A DNA stretch of 64,000 nucleotides from Patescibacteria group bacterium (GTDB lineage: Bacteria > Patescibacteriota > Minisyncoccia > Phycocordibacterales > Phycocordibacteraceae), in NCBI GenBank assembly GCA_038057055.1, contig JBBUDY010000047.1, forward strand, positions 16,048-80,047, read 5' to 3'. Of this stretch, positions 18,406 through 27,997 are shown piece by piece. The first letter of the stretch is position 1. Each line of letters begins with the position of its first letter. The notes beneath the pieces were generated by a model, which was not told the DNA's origin, did not search any database, and saw only the letters and a program-made list of their open reading frames with translations. The translations under genes were made by a program, and so were the position numbers.

Positions 18406-19452
18406 ATGACCATTCATTTTTATACCAAAGGAGATTTGAAGATTGGGGACTCTCGTCAGAGAGCGTTCCGTATTGCAGATGAATTGAATGCTCGTGGAAT
18501 CGCTTCAGTTGTGCATGGGCCGCCCGTGGTGTCTCTGTCAACTACCCCATGGCCGAAGAAGTTCTCGCTTATCGTCGCAATCATCCGTTCGCTCTTTTCG
18601 ATAAAGAAAGGGGATATTGTTTTCTTACAGCGGGCCATCTCAAATAAGTATTTCTTCGTCATTATGGTGGTCTACTTGACTCTTTTCCGCCGGAAGATGA
18701 TTTTTGATTTCGACGACGCTATTTATATGCATGATTTTTATAAAACGAAGAAACTTACGCAAATGGCTGATGCGGTTTTCGTGTGCAGTCGAGCACTCGA
18801 GAAGTGGGTACGGCAATACAATCAGAATGTATACATCTTCCATACGACCGTGAAGCTTGCAGAGTACGCGAAATTCACCAAGGATTATTCAAAAGATTCG
18901 AGCCCAATCATTATCGGATGGGTTGGTACGGCGAAGGATCATTACAAAAACCTTGGACTTCTTGCAGAGGTGTTTAAGAAATTACTCACACAAACAACCG
19001 TTCCCTTTAAGTTTGTGCTCGTCGGCATGTGGGGATATACAAAAATCAAAGAGTTATTTGAGCCTATCACAGGCCTCAATATTGAATTCATTGATTATTT
19101 ACCGCCGACGAAGATGATGGAGACAATACAAAGCTTTGATATCGGGGTGAATCCGCTCTTGGAAAAAGGCGAATGGAATATGTCACGGTCCTCTTATAAG
19201 CCCTACGAATATATGGCATGCGGGCTAGCGCAGATAACGAGCGCTGTGGGTGAAATAACCTATGTGGTGCACGACGATGTGGATGGGTACCTCGCCGATA
19301 GTGTGGATGAGTGGGTTGAGAAGCTAAAAAAGCTGATAGAGAGCCGCGAATTACGTGCCAGGCTTGGCAGGGGTGGGCAAGAGAATATCCGCAGGGAAGA
19401 AGCATATGAAGTAATGATGCCTCGGATGGTAGACATTATAACGAAACTCTAA
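18406..19452 (+). CDS. GT-B glycosyltransferase (GT4-like)
   Basis: 'IIGWVGTAKDHYKNL', 'YEYMACGLAQITSAVGE' C-domain. Confidence 0.6.
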   Translation: MTIHFYTKGDLKIGDSRQRAFRIADELNARGIASVVHGPPVVSLSTTPWPKKFSLIVAIIRSLFSIKKGDIVFLQRAISNKYFFVIMVVYLTLFRRKMIFDFDDAIYMHDFYKTKKLTQMADAVFVCSRALEKWVRQYNQNVYIFHTTVKLAEYAKFTKDYSKDSSPIIIGWVGTAKDHYKNLGLLAEVFKKLLTQTTVPFKFVLVGMWGYTKIKELFEPITGLNIEFIDYLPPTKMMETIQSFDIGVNPLLEKGEWNMSRSSYKPYEYMACGLAQITSAVGEITYVVHDDVDGYLADSVDEWVEKLKKLIESRELRARLGRGGQENIRREEAYEVMMPRMVDIITKL

Positions 19453-19458
19453 AAACAC

Positions 19459-19728
19459 ATGAATCTCACCCCTCTCGAATACATCCTGATTGTTTCAACG
19501 CTCCTAGAGTTTAATCCATTGTTTCAGGCAATAAAAAGCGTTAGAACAAAGAGCGTGGAAGGCGTATCACTGTATACGTTTTTATCCATCAGCATCATAG
19601 GAACGTTGTGGCTCATATACGGCATCTCTATTCAAAATCTACCGTTGATTATTGGCAACGTCATAAAGTTATTTACCGCTCTCTGTGTGGTGTTTATCTA
19701 TTTTAAATACCGAGCGTCTAGTATTTGA
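19459..19728 (+). CDS. SemiSWEET / PQ-loop (MtN3-like) 3-TM sugar transporter protomer
   Basis: 89 aa. 'LEFNPLFQAIKSVRTKSVEGVS' parallels the SemiSWEET PQ-loop (…FLPQ…KQTRDIS). 'WLIYGISIQNLPLIIGNVIKLFT' parallels '…WFVYG…DLPIILANVVTLF'. Confidence 0.55.
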   Translation: MNLTPLEYILIVSTLLEFNPLFQAIKSVRTKSVEGVSLYTFLSISIIGTLWLIYGISIQNLPLIIGNVIKLFTALCVVFIYFKYRASSI

Positions 19729-20737
19729 ATTCATCCATTTCAGAGATACGTTTGTTGCGTGTTTCTTCGCGTATGGCTATTTCTTTGAAAACACGAATGT
19801 TGTAATAGTGGTCTTGATTGAGGTCGCCGATGACTTTCTTGTTGTCATGCAGGCTTAGTACAATGTGCTCTATGGAATAGCGGGGCTTGAAACCTAAAAC
19901 CTTTTCCGCTTTTAGAGTTGAGACCTTGTAATTACGCATATCGGCAATGTTCTTTATCTCCAGGTCAATCGTCTTACCTGAAAGTTTCTCTACACTTTTT
20001 TTAACTTTTTCCCCAACATCGCCAACCGAAAAATTACCGGACGCGACATTGAAAATGCCGTTTACGTGCCCCGGAGCTTTCGTTGCCATTACAAACGCTT
20101 GTGCGCAATCGCGTACGTCATAGATTGGCCTCCAAATAGCCGGATTGTTGACGGTAATCTTGCCGTCAATCATCGCGGTCTTGTACATGGTGTTCACTAT
20201 CAAATCCATGCGCATTCGCCTAGAGTACCCACAGACCGTTCCTTGGCGCAGGCTTATAACTGAAAAATTCTCATCTTGGAGGTCGAATACGCCACGTTCT
20301 CCTTGCAGTTTAGAAATACCGTAGGGGTAGTTGGATACGGCCGGCGACTCCTCATCAAATATTTTATCTTCAGTATAGCCATACACCGAACAAGAAGAGG
20401 CGTAGACAAAACGCTTCACCCCCGCTTTCTTTGCTATATAGGCCAGATACGAAGGCAGAGCAGCGTTCATAATGAAGTTCTTTGAAGGGCTGTGCTCGGC
20501 CATAGGGTCGTTCGAGAGGCCGGCTAAAAAGATGAAGGTATCAAAACCCACAAAGTCAGCTTCGGTACAGTCAAAGAGATCCCGCTGGCTGACTTTAACG
20601 CCTTTCGGCAAGTGATTGCCGAACCACAGGAGATCGATGACCTCCACTCCATAACCGGCCTTGACCAATAGGGGAACCAGCTGGGTACCAATGTATCCAG
20701 CACCGCCACCAACAAGAATTTTTTTCTTTTTTTTCAT
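19718..20737 (-). CDS. NAD-dependent epimerase/dehydratase family protein (extended SDR)
   Basis: 'ILVGGGAGYIGTQLV' Rossmann motif, 'YGISK' catalytic YxxxK, and an unusual ~35-aa charged C-terminal tail. Confidence 0.7.
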   Translation of the reverse strand: MKKKKKILVGGGAGYIGTQLVPLLVKAGYGVEVIDLLWFGNHLPKGVKVSQRDLFDCTEADFVGFDTFIFLAGLSNDPMAEHSPSKNFIMNAALPSYLAYIAKKAGVKRFVYASSCSVYGYTEDKIFDEESPAVSNYPYGISKLQGERGVFDLQDENFSVISLRQGTVCGYSRRMRMDLIVNTMYKTAMIDGKITVNNPAIWRPIYDVRDCAQAFVMATKAPGHVNGIFNVASGNFSVGDVGEKVKKSVEKLSGKTIDLEIKNIADMRNYKVSTLKAEKVLGFKPRYSIEHIVLSLHDNKKVIGDLNQDHYYNIRVFKEIAIREETRNKRISEMDEFKY

Positions 20738-20745
20738 AACTATAA

Positions 20746-21495
20746 TTACGAGCCAAATAATTTCTTGTACCGAGCGGTGTTGAGTGAGGCATCTTTGGGG
20801 ACCGCAAAATGCACGTCAGTGATGGATGCTTTACCGATTGGTTTTTTGCCGCCGAGCGCTTTAGCGTACTGATACACCGAGCGTCGTCGATGTCCTAAGT
20901 GAATGACACCACTTACTCCGGCTTTGAGTACAGTAACTATCTTCTTTGCTATCTCATCGACACTCTCGCGGCTTGTGTATTGGTCAACGAAAGCTTTCTC
21001 GTAGGGGAATACTTTCTCACCGAAAGAGGTTCTGATAATAAGATAGTCATCAAGCATACGGACTGCACATTCGCCAGCAAGTTTTGACCAGGCATATTTA
21101 TTCATGGGGAACACCAGGTCATCTTCTTTGTAATTGCCTTTATCGCCCCGAAACACATAGTCGGTGGAGATGTACACGAGTTTTATTTTGTAGCGCGAGC
21201 ACAGTTCGGCGATGACCGCCGTACCAATGATATTGACCTCTATAGCCTTTTGCGGGGTTTTATCTATAAGCGGAGGAGAAACGAATGCAGCAGCATGAAC
21301 AATCACCGAGGGACGGTGTGCGCGTATGTATCTTTCCATCTGTTTGTGGTCGGTGAGATTAAAAGAAGTAGAGCTTGGGAACTGTGCCTTTGGCAAAAGC
21401 TTTTTTAGTTCGGTGCCGAGGCGGCCACTACCGCCGGTGCACAAGACACTCTGTTGACTAAACCTTGCCATAGATAAAATTGGATGAGCGCGCAT
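20746..21495 (-). CDS. dTDP-4-dehydrorhamnose reductase-like (RmlD-like) SDR
   Basis: 'VLCTGGSGRLGTEL', 'YAWSKLAGE' (YxxxK), ~240 aa RmlD-type size. Overlaps the start region of rmlC. Confidence 0.55.
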   Translation of the reverse strand: MRAHPILSMARFSQQSVLCTGGSGRLGTELKKLLPKAQFPSSTSFNLTDHKQMERYIRAHRPSVIVHAAAFVSPPLIDKTPQKAIEVNIIGTAVIAELCSRYKIKLVYISTDYVFRGDKGNYKEDDLVFPMNKYAWSKLAGECAVRMLDDYLIIRTSFGEKVFPYEKAFVDQYTSRESVDEIAKKIVTVLKAGVSGVIHLGHRRRSVYQYAKALGGKKPIGKASITDVHFAVPKDASLNTARYKKLFGS

Positions 21496-22099
21496 CTGCG
21501 CTCCAATCCTTCACGCTTAAACCGAGACGATCTTTATCACTGATAAGGAGTTCTTCGGATGCAATGTTTTTATCGAGCTCGGCTTTTAACCCGACTTCTG
21601 CCAAGGACCAGTCAATATCCGGAGAGAGAGGTGAAATGCCGGCTTCGCAGCCCTGGCTGTATTCACCGGTGCACAAGTATTCAATCGCAGTTGGCTCTAA
21701 AAATAAATTGCCATGGGCAAACCCGGGAGGCGCCCAAATCCATTCACCCATGTCTGCGTCGACGCTTCGCGGCATGTCATACAAAATAGCTTTTCCATAG
21801 TTTGGCGAACCAAGGCGAATATCCATCACTATGTCAATCATATGTCCGAAAAGTGTCCTCACCATTTTGCCCATAAAAGGATTCCATTGGAAATGGAGCC
21901 CGCGGAGCGTGTGGGATTTTGAAAAACTTTCGTTTTCTTGTACGAAATCGCCACTCTTGGAAAAAGGAAGATCGGGGTGTGCGGTGAGATCGCTTTTACG
22001 ATAGGGTTCCGTGAAATATCCGCGATGATCTTTAAATAAGGCAAACTGCACGACTTTGATTTCGGGCAAGGCAAGGGTCTTAACGGAAAGTATTTTCAT
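21458..22099 (-). CDS. rmlC: dTDP-4-dehydrorhamnose 3,5-epimerase
   Basis: 'FKDHRGYFTEPYR', 'RGLHFQ', 'FAHGNLFLE' are classic RmlC motifs. Confidence 0.75.
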   Translation of the reverse strand: MKILSVKTLALPEIKVVQFALFKDHRGYFTEPYRKSDLTAHPDLPFSKSGDFVQENESFSKSHTLRGLHFQWNPFMGKMVRTLFGHMIDIVMDIRLGSPNYGKAILYDMPRSVDADMGEWIWAPPGFAHGNLFLEPTAIEYLCTGEYSQGCEAGISPLSPDIDWSLAEVGLKAELDKNIASEELLISDKDRLGLSVKDWSADARSSNFIYGKV

Positions 22100-22207
22100 G
22101 GGTCCAGGATAGTCGTGGTTACGAGCGCTATCACGTTACTATACATAACTCTACAAGGTCTTACAAAAGTTACGGAAGAGGCCCTTTAGTACCTACCCCA
22201 CGAGCTA

Positions 22208-22236
22208 TTGACACAAGAGGCAGGGTGTGCTATCCT
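22208..22236 (+). promoter_or_regulatory. sigma70-like promoter: TTGACA - 17 bp - TATCCT
   Basis: Perfect -35 at 22208-22213, 17-bp spacer, -10-like TATCCT at 22231-22236. Located upstream of the GC-rich Nudix-like gene. Confidence 0.45.
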
Positions 22237-22265
22237 AGACGCAGATCTTTGAAAGATTCAAAATA

Positions 22266-22329
22266 CATGAGACGAGCTGTTTACGGCTCAATTTTTACAA
22301 TCCACGGGCCGTAAACAGCTCGTCTCATG
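22266..22329 (+). other. perfect 22-bp inverted repeat (stem) with a 20-nt loop: CATGAGACGAGCTGTTTACGGC…GCCGTAAACAGCTCGTCTCATG
   Basis: Read directly. The right arm ends in the ATG at 22327. It sits ~30 nt downstream of the promoter and ~45 nt upstream of the SD-preceded ATG at 22376. Confidence 0.8.
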
Positions 22330-22375
22330 AAGGGTCGCAGTCGCTCGTCTGACGGTTCAGGCGCAAGGAGAGTCA

Positions 22376-23073
22376 CGATGTCGAACAAAATCGTTCCAAT
22401 TCCACAAGACGTCGAGCACACGTGGAAGATGGAAGTGGCACCGGGATTCTTCCGGGCCTCTAGCCCCCGGTTCGGCACGCTGACCTTCGGGCTTCGTCCT
22501 GAAGGGCCAAGTGCCGTCGGCTGGGCATGGAAGGAAATCGGCGGTGGCGGGGTGAATATTGTCCCGTACGTCGTCATCGAAGGTCTGTTGTACATCGGCA
22601 TGATTTACGAGAAGCGGCCGATGCTTCCGACGGGCTGGGGGTGGAATATCCCCCGAGGATTTCTCGAGCCGGGGTCTACGCCGCTTCAGTCGGCCCGGAA
22701 GGAGTGGGAAGAGGAGGTGGGGTCCTCGGCCGAGCGCTTGCAGCAGCTAAAGGGTTCACCGCAAAATCCGAACTCGACCTTCTTCGACATCTCGGACGGA
22801 AGCGGAACGCAGGTCTTCGGCTTCTTCACGAAGCCCGAGGAAGTCGAACAGGACGATCTCGTATTGATACCTGATCTCGGCAACGCCCCCGCCCCCAGCT
22901 TCGTCTTCGTCGGTAACCGCTTTACCCCCACGTCCAAGATGGGGGAAAAGATACTCGCGTGTCGCTTTTTCCCCTGGTGGGTTGCCGCGACGGGCGAGGA
23001 CGCGAACAGCTCAAGTGGATTCGCCAGACTGTTGGCGAATCATCGGGAACTCGCGAAGTTCCTCGACCAGTAA
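22376..23073 (+). CDS. Nudix-like hydrolase domain protein, GC-rich (compositionally foreign)
   Basis: AAGGAGA Shine-Dalgarno 5 nt upstream of ATG 22376. Degenerate Nudix box 'GFLEPGSTPLQSARKEWEEEVG'. Local GC ~62-68% in three eyeballed 60-nt blocks versus ~48-50% for the flanks. An upstream in-frame ATG at 22327 lies inside the hairpin arm. Confidence 0.5.
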
Positions 23074-23142
23074 CCGCCTCACCGGGCGGAAGAAAGGACC
23101 ACCGTCCTGGCTTCCCCTCGGTGCGGCGGTTCTTTCTTTTTT
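23074..23142 (+). terminator. rho-independent terminator (compound GC stem + T-tract)
   Basis: 'CCGCCTCACCGGG…CCTCGGTGCGGCGG' imperfect stem enclosing a small inner hairpin, followed by TTCTTTCTTTTTTG. Confidence 0.55.
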
Positions 23143-23181
23143 GTGAGAGAGAACATAGAATAAGCAGAAAGAATTAACTCT

Positions 23182-24012
23182 ATGTCTGAAAAAGAAACGT
23201 ACATCGACTTATTGAAAAATGTGCTGCTCGATTACCATCGAACAGGAATGGAGTACAAGCCGCTTCAAGCTTTCAATCGTCATTGGAAAAATCGCTTGTT
23301 GCAGGTGATGGACAAGTATCTTCGTACGAAAGGATTCGCAGTCGTCCGTATGAATCCATATGAACACAGAGAAGGATATAAAGAAAATAGATTAAGACAT
23401 TTGGGGCCAGCGAGCGCTGAAACAATGATTGGCGTAGCGCGTATGGACAATATCGAGTATTGCATTCGAGAAATAGCAAAAAATAATGTCGAGGGAGATT
23501 TGATTGAGTGTGGAGTATGGAGAGGCGGAGCGACTATTTTTATGAAAGCATTGGTAGACGAACTCAAACTAAAAAAGACAGTATGGGTAGCTGATTCCTT
23601 CAAGGGTTTGCCGCGTCCTGATGAAAAGTATGCAGTAGAGAAAGACGACCACCACTACATTTTTGATGAGATGGCCGTTTCACTCGCAGAGGTAAAAGAA
23701 AACTTTCGAAAGTACGGTCTTTTGGATGAGAAGATCCAATTCCTTGAGGGATGGTTTAAGGACACGCTTCCCACTGCGTCAATTGAGAAACTGGCGTTAC
23801 TTCGCGCCGACGGAGACATGTACAGCTCTACCATTCAAATCCTAGAAAATCTCTACCCGAAGCTTTCCAGTGGAGGGTACTGCATTATTGATGACTACGG
23901 TATGATACCGAACTGTCGCAAAGCAGTCGATGACTATAGAGAGGCGCACAACATAACAGAAAAGATTATTTCTATTGACGAGGAAGGGGTGTACTGGAAA
24001 AAATTGAAGTAG
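23182..24012 (+). CDS. TylF/MycF-family sugar O-methyltransferase
   Basis: 'GDLIECGVWRGGATIFM' and 'LRADGDMYSST' match the macrocin-O-methyltransferase family. Confidence 0.7.
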   Translation: MSEKETYIDLLKNVLLDYHRTGMEYKPLQAFNRHWKNRLLQVMDKYLRTKGFAVVRMNPYEHREGYKENRLRHLGPASAETMIGVARMDNIEYCIREIAKNNVEGDLIECGVWRGGATIFMKALVDELKLKKTVWVADSFKGLPRPDEKYAVEKDDHHYIFDEMAVSLAEVKENFRKYGLLDEKIQFLEGWFKDTLPTASIEKLALLRADGDMYSSTIQILENLYPKLSSGGYCIIDDYGMIPNCRKAVDDYREAHNITEKIISIDEEGVYWKKLK

Positions 24013-24061
24013 AAAGTCCATACAGATTGATTAGATTGTATTTTTAAAGTATCATCACGCG

Positions 24062-25084
24062 ATGAAAGGATTCGGTTCGTCAACTATTCTAGTATGTGGG
24101 GGAGCCGGATTTATTGGCTCTAATTTTATCCGACAAGTGCTGTCTACGTCGGCGAAAGCAAGAATCGTCTGTGTTGATGCACTCACCTATGCCGGCAACA
24201 AGGAAAATCTGAAAGGACTTCCCGCAAAACGTTTTACCTTTATCAAGGGAGACATTACGGACCGGGTGCCCATGAAGCGACTTTTCGAAAAATATGCACC
24301 CGACTATGTAATCAATTTTGCCGCGGAGTCGCATGTTGACCGAAGCATCCATGTTGGTGCCGAAGCATTCGTTCATACGAACGTACTCGGCACCACCGTG
24401 CTATTTGAAGCACTTCGGCACACACCGTCGATACAGAAATTCGTGCACGTGAGTACGGACGAGGTATATGGCGCATTGCCGCTTGGCTCGAAGAAGAAGT
24501 TTACCGAGCAATCGCCGCTTGCACCCAACTCCCCGTATGCTGCTTCGAAAGCGTCTGCGGATCTTGTTGCGCGCGCATATCATGTCACCTACGGGTCGCC
24601 GATTGTGGTTACGCGTTGTTCCAACAATTACGGTCCCTACCAGCACCCGGAAAAGCTCATACCGTACTCCATAACGCGACTGATAGAAGGGAAACCGATA
24701 GCGATATACGGGGACGGAAAATATGTACGCGACTGGATTCACGTTGAAGACCATTGTTCAGCCCTCGCTCTTGCTCTCCTCAATGGTGTGCCCGGCGAAG
24801 TTTACAATATCGGCGCAGATGATGAGATAGATAACCTCACGCTCGCAGAGCGAATGCTCAACTATTTCAAGAAAGACACATCAGCCATTGTATTTGTGAA
24901 GGATAGACCGGGCCACGATCGCCGATACGCCATCAACGCTTCAAAAATAAAAAATGAGCTCGGATGGAAGTCGACGCACTCGCTCCGTACTTCATTTGAA
25001 CCGACTATCGCGTGGTACGTGGAGAATATGAATTGGGTGCGTCGTGCACTCATGCGCGCAGGGAGAGCAAATACACACATATAG
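24062..25084 (+). CDS. rmlB: dTDP-glucose 4,6-dehydratase
   Basis: 'ILVCGGAGFIGSNF', 'YAGN…FIKGDI', 'YAASKASAD' (YxxxK), 'DYGMIP…' C-terminus. Classic RfbB/RmlB. Confidence 0.8.
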   Translation: MKGFGSSTILVCGGAGFIGSNFIRQVLSTSAKARIVCVDALTYAGNKENLKGLPAKRFTFIKGDITDRVPMKRLFEKYAPDYVINFAAESHVDRSIHVGAEAFVHTNVLGTTVLFEALRHTPSIQKFVHVSTDEVYGALPLGSKKKFTEQSPLAPNSPYAASKASADLVARAYHVTYGSPIVVTRCSNNYGPYQHPEKLIPYSITRLIEGKPIAIYGDGKYVRDWIHVEDHCSALALALLNGVPGEVYNIGADDEIDNLTLAERMLNYFKKDTSAIVFVKDRPGHDRRYAINASKIKNELGWKSTHSLRTSFEPTIAWYVENMNWVRRALMRAGRANTHI

Positions 25085-25087
25085 TCT

Positions 25088-25942
25088 TTATAAAGATAGA
25101 GTCCGCAGACCCTCTCTGAAAGAGCGCGGATGGAATGACAAATCCTCTTGAGCAAGAGAGTTGTCATAATTCTTCGCACATTTGAGCCTACACACTTGAT
25201 CGGAGGCGGTGGCGAATAGGAAAGAAAGGAAAAGAGGGAGGGGGAAAAGCAGAACCCTTTCCCCAAAGGTTGAGGCGATAGTTTCTACCACCTCGCGAAA
25301 AGAGAGAACTGAGGGTCCGGCGAGGATGTACGTTTTATTCTGGGGAGAGAGGGTAACCGCACGGACAATGGCTTGTATCGCGTCATCTGCATAAAGAGGC
25401 GCTAACACCGTACGGGGAATGTACGGAGCGATAGGGAAGCGACGAACGAGAGAAATGAGTTTTGATATCCCCTCATTACTTGCTCCTCCATAAATCTCGG
25501 ATGGTCGGATGATAGTAAAAGGGAGCCCGCTTTCTCTCACTATTTTTTCCGCCTCTGCTTTTGAAGCTCCGTAGCTACCACAGTCGGCACCCAAGGCGGC
25601 GGTGCTGATGTACACGAAATGCGATGCCCGAGCAGCACACGCAGCTTGAACGACACGCAAGGTGAAGACGACATTGCTTTCCACATACACCTTCTGACTC
25701 GCGTGCGTTGCTGCCGCGGCGTGGATGACGGTGGCGCCCTTGGCGATGGTAACAGTAGAAACTATTCGGACGTCAGCGAGCTTCGGGAGCGGTCGGCGGT
25801 GTTGAAGCAGCTCCATGCGGGCGGCGGGAAATTCTTTCCGTAATGCAGAGACAATCGAAGCGCCGAGGAAACCCGAAGCGCCAGTGATAAAGAACGACCT
25901 AGCGTTTTCGGAATTCATGCATTCTGGTGCACCGATAGACAA
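25088..25942 (-). CDS. NAD-dependent epimerase/dehydratase family protein (atypical SDR)
   Basis: 'FFITGASGFLGASIV', 'YGASKAEAE'. The start may be the internal ATG (MNSENAR). Confidence 0.6.
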   Translation of the reverse strand: MSIGAPECMNSENARSFFITGASGFLGASIVSALRKEFPAARMELLQHRRPLPKLADVRIVSTVTIAKGATVIHAAAATHASQKVYVESNVVFTLRVVQAACAARASHFVYISTAALGADCGSYGASKAEAEKIVRESGLPFTIIRPSEIYGGASNEGISKLISLVRRFPIAPYIPRTVLAPLYADDAIQAIVRAVTLSPQNKTYILAGPSVLSFREVVETIASTFGERVLLFPLPLFLSFLFATASDQVCRLKCAKNYDNSLAQEDLSFHPRSFREGLRTLSL

Positions 25943-26633
25943 TGATATTTTTCAGGAATTCCAGGATTGCCGTAGTGCGGATGAAGGAACGACGATGCTT
26001 ATTTTCATGGAAAACGGTCGGTACTTCAATGATGCGAAAACCAAGATAACTCGCCTGAATCATCATTTCTGCATCGGCGAACCAATCTGTAGATTTCAAA
26101 TCAAGTTTTGCATATGCCTCTCGAGTGAATATTTTAGGTTTTGAATTGATATCGTGAAGATGGATTTTCGGAAAAAAGACCTTCAAAAGAGCGTTGAAGA
26201 CTTTCGAAATGAGCTTGCGCTTCCACCCATCGAATCTCCCGACTCGGTATGTCTTCGCACAGTCATACGTACCAGAACGGAGCTCCGTATAAATGCGAAT
26301 GACATCTTCTGCCGGCATTTGGCCGTCACCATCAATGAGTGCGATTGTCTTGCCGGTAGCGGCCACAAGACCGCTGTTGAGGTCCCAGCCCATCATACCT
26401 TCTTTTGGCTTACAGACGACGATGATATGCGGATCACGCTCGGCAAGTTCTTTCACCACCATTGGTGTCTGGTCCGTGTTTTTTTCGTGCGCATTGTAAT
26501 TGGCGACCAAAACCAGTTCATAGGAAAGACCATGAGTCTCAAGAAGCTCTTTCATTTCTCTCACGAATTCTGAAATGGAGGAGGCCGCTTTGTAGCAGAG
26601 AATAACGACCGAAATGTCGGCAGCTTTTTCCAT
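25899..26633 (-). CDS. GT2 glycosyltransferase (DPM1-like)
   Basis: 'ISVVILCYKA', 'LIDGDGQ' (DxD). The start was chosen at MEKAADIS (26633). The longest ORF would extend to 26711. Confidence 0.65.
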   Translation of the reverse strand: MEKAADISVVILCYKAASSISEFVREMKELLETHGLSYELVLVANYNAHEKNTDQTPMVVKELAERDPHIIVVCKPKEGMMGWDLNSGLVAATGKTIALIDGDGQMPAEDVIRIYTELRSGTYDCAKTYRVGRFDGWKRKLISKVFNALLKVFFPKIHLHDINSKPKIFTREAYAKLDLKSTDWFADAEMMIQASYLGFRIIEVPTVFHENKHRRSFIRTTAILEFLKNIIVYRCTRMHEFRKR

Positions 26634-26715
26634 AAAAGCTAGTTTACCACGCCACCTTGATTCGAGGTCGGAAAGTGTTACACTCGAGCGCATATCCACT
26701 TCGTGGCACACCGAT

Positions 26716-27996
26716 ATGAAATTGACCTATCCGAAACACCATTTCGTCAAAACAGGACCCCTCACCCATTGCCAGATTTGCAATTCATCTAAATTGCATC
26801 TCATTCTTGATCTTGGACATCAGCCACCGTGCGATTCCCTGCTCACGAAAGAGATGTTGAACGAACCAGAAACGACCTATCCTTTGCGTATGGTGTGGTG
26901 TGAGAAATGCACCGGTGTCCAGATAGATTACTGCGTCGATGGGAAGGTAGTCTATCATCCGGGATACCCGTATCGAAGTGGCATCTCCAAGCCACTCGCC
27001 GACTATCAGCGGCTGATTAGTCACTCCCTCATTGAGAAATACCATTTGAATAAAAATGATCTCGTTATCGATGTCGGCTCGAATGACGGTACACTCTTGA
27101 GCGGTTTTAGGAAGAAAGGCATCAAGATTCTCGGCGTTGAGCCGACCAATATTGCCAAATATGCGAATGCGCACGGCATCAAAACACTTCAATCTTTTTT
27201 TGATATTAAGACCTCTGAAAAGATAAAAAGGGAATACGGCAAGGCCGCGGTCATCACGACCACAAATGTCTTCGCGCATATGCAGACGATTGGCGAGGTT
27301 ATTATGGGGGTCTATAATCTGCTCGAAGATGATGGCGTGTTTATTTCTGAAACGCATTATTTGCTCGACGCGATACAGGGCGGTCAATTTGACACTATTT
27401 ACCACGAACACCTGCGAACTTATTCATTAACGTCTCTCATCGCTTTGTTCAAACAGTACGACTTTACCGTAACTGATGCGGAGCGCGGTACCAGGTACGG
27501 CGGCAATATCCGTGTCCATGTCACAAAGGGTAAGAATAGACCCGTAAGTATGAACGTGGCTCGCTTATTGAAACTAGAAAAGGCTGTGGGATTGGGCAAG
27601 ATACAAACCTATGAGAAGTTTGCACGACGGGTGAAAAAGGCACGTCTTGAGTTTATGGAATTTCTCATCAAGACTAAAAAATCTGGGAAATCTATCGTTG
27701 GCAAGTCGTCTCCCGGGCGTGCGGCAACGTTGCTTAACTACTACGGTGTCGATAAGGAAATGATCCCGTACATTGGCGAAGTCGATAAGGGTTTGAAGAT
27801 AGGTATGTACCTGCCGGGGAAACATATTCCTATCGTGCACGAAAAAATACTCTTCAAAGATAAACCTGCCTACGTGGTAATGCTTGCGTGGCACTACGGA
27901 GAATTCATTATGAAGCGATTGAAAGCGGCGGGATTGAAATCCGATTTTGTCATCCCATTGCCCGATTTCCGCATCGTTAAAAACTCAAAAGTGTAG
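26716..27996 (+). CDS. NDP-hexose C-methyltransferase-like (TylCIII/NovU family; zinc-ribbon + class I MTase + C-terminal MTase domain)
   Basis: 'CQICNSSKLHLILDLGHQPPCDSLL' (the N-terminal zinc-binding domain typical of sugar C-methyltransferases), 'VIDVGSNDGTLL', C-terminal domain. Confidence 0.65.
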   Translation: MKLTYPKHHFVKTGPLTHCQICNSSKLHLILDLGHQPPCDSLLTKEMLNEPETTYPLRMVWCEKCTGVQIDYCVDGKVVYHPGYPYRSGISKPLADYQRLISHSLIEKYHLNKNDLVIDVGSNDGTLLSGFRKKGIKILGVEPTNIAKYANAHGIKTLQSFFDIKTSEKIKREYGKAAVITTTNVFAHMQTIGEVIMGVYNLLEDDGVFISETHYLLDAIQGGQFDTIYHEHLRTYSLTSLIALFKQYDFTVTDAERGTRYGGNIRVHVTKGKNRPVSMNVARLLKLEKAVGLGKIQTYEKFARRVKKARLEFMEFLIKTKKSGKSIVGKSSPGRAATLLNYYGVDKEMIPYIGEVDKGLKIGMYLPGKHIPIVHEKILFKDKPAYVVMLAWHYGEFIMKRLKAAGLKSDFVIPLPDFRIVKNSKV

Positions 27997-27997
27997 T

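Noticed and set aside
22327-22375. Upstream in-frame ATG (22327) as the start of the Nudix-like gene
   Set aside because: That ATG is buried in the 3' arm of the 22-bp hairpin and lacks an SD. The ATG at 22376 has an AAGGAGA SD at ideal spacing. The longer form is kept only as an alternative.
26785-27411. 208-aa minus-strand ORF inside the C-methyltransferase gene
   Set aside because: The plus-strand product has a clear zinc-ribbon + MTase architecture. The antisense ORF has no recognisable motifs.
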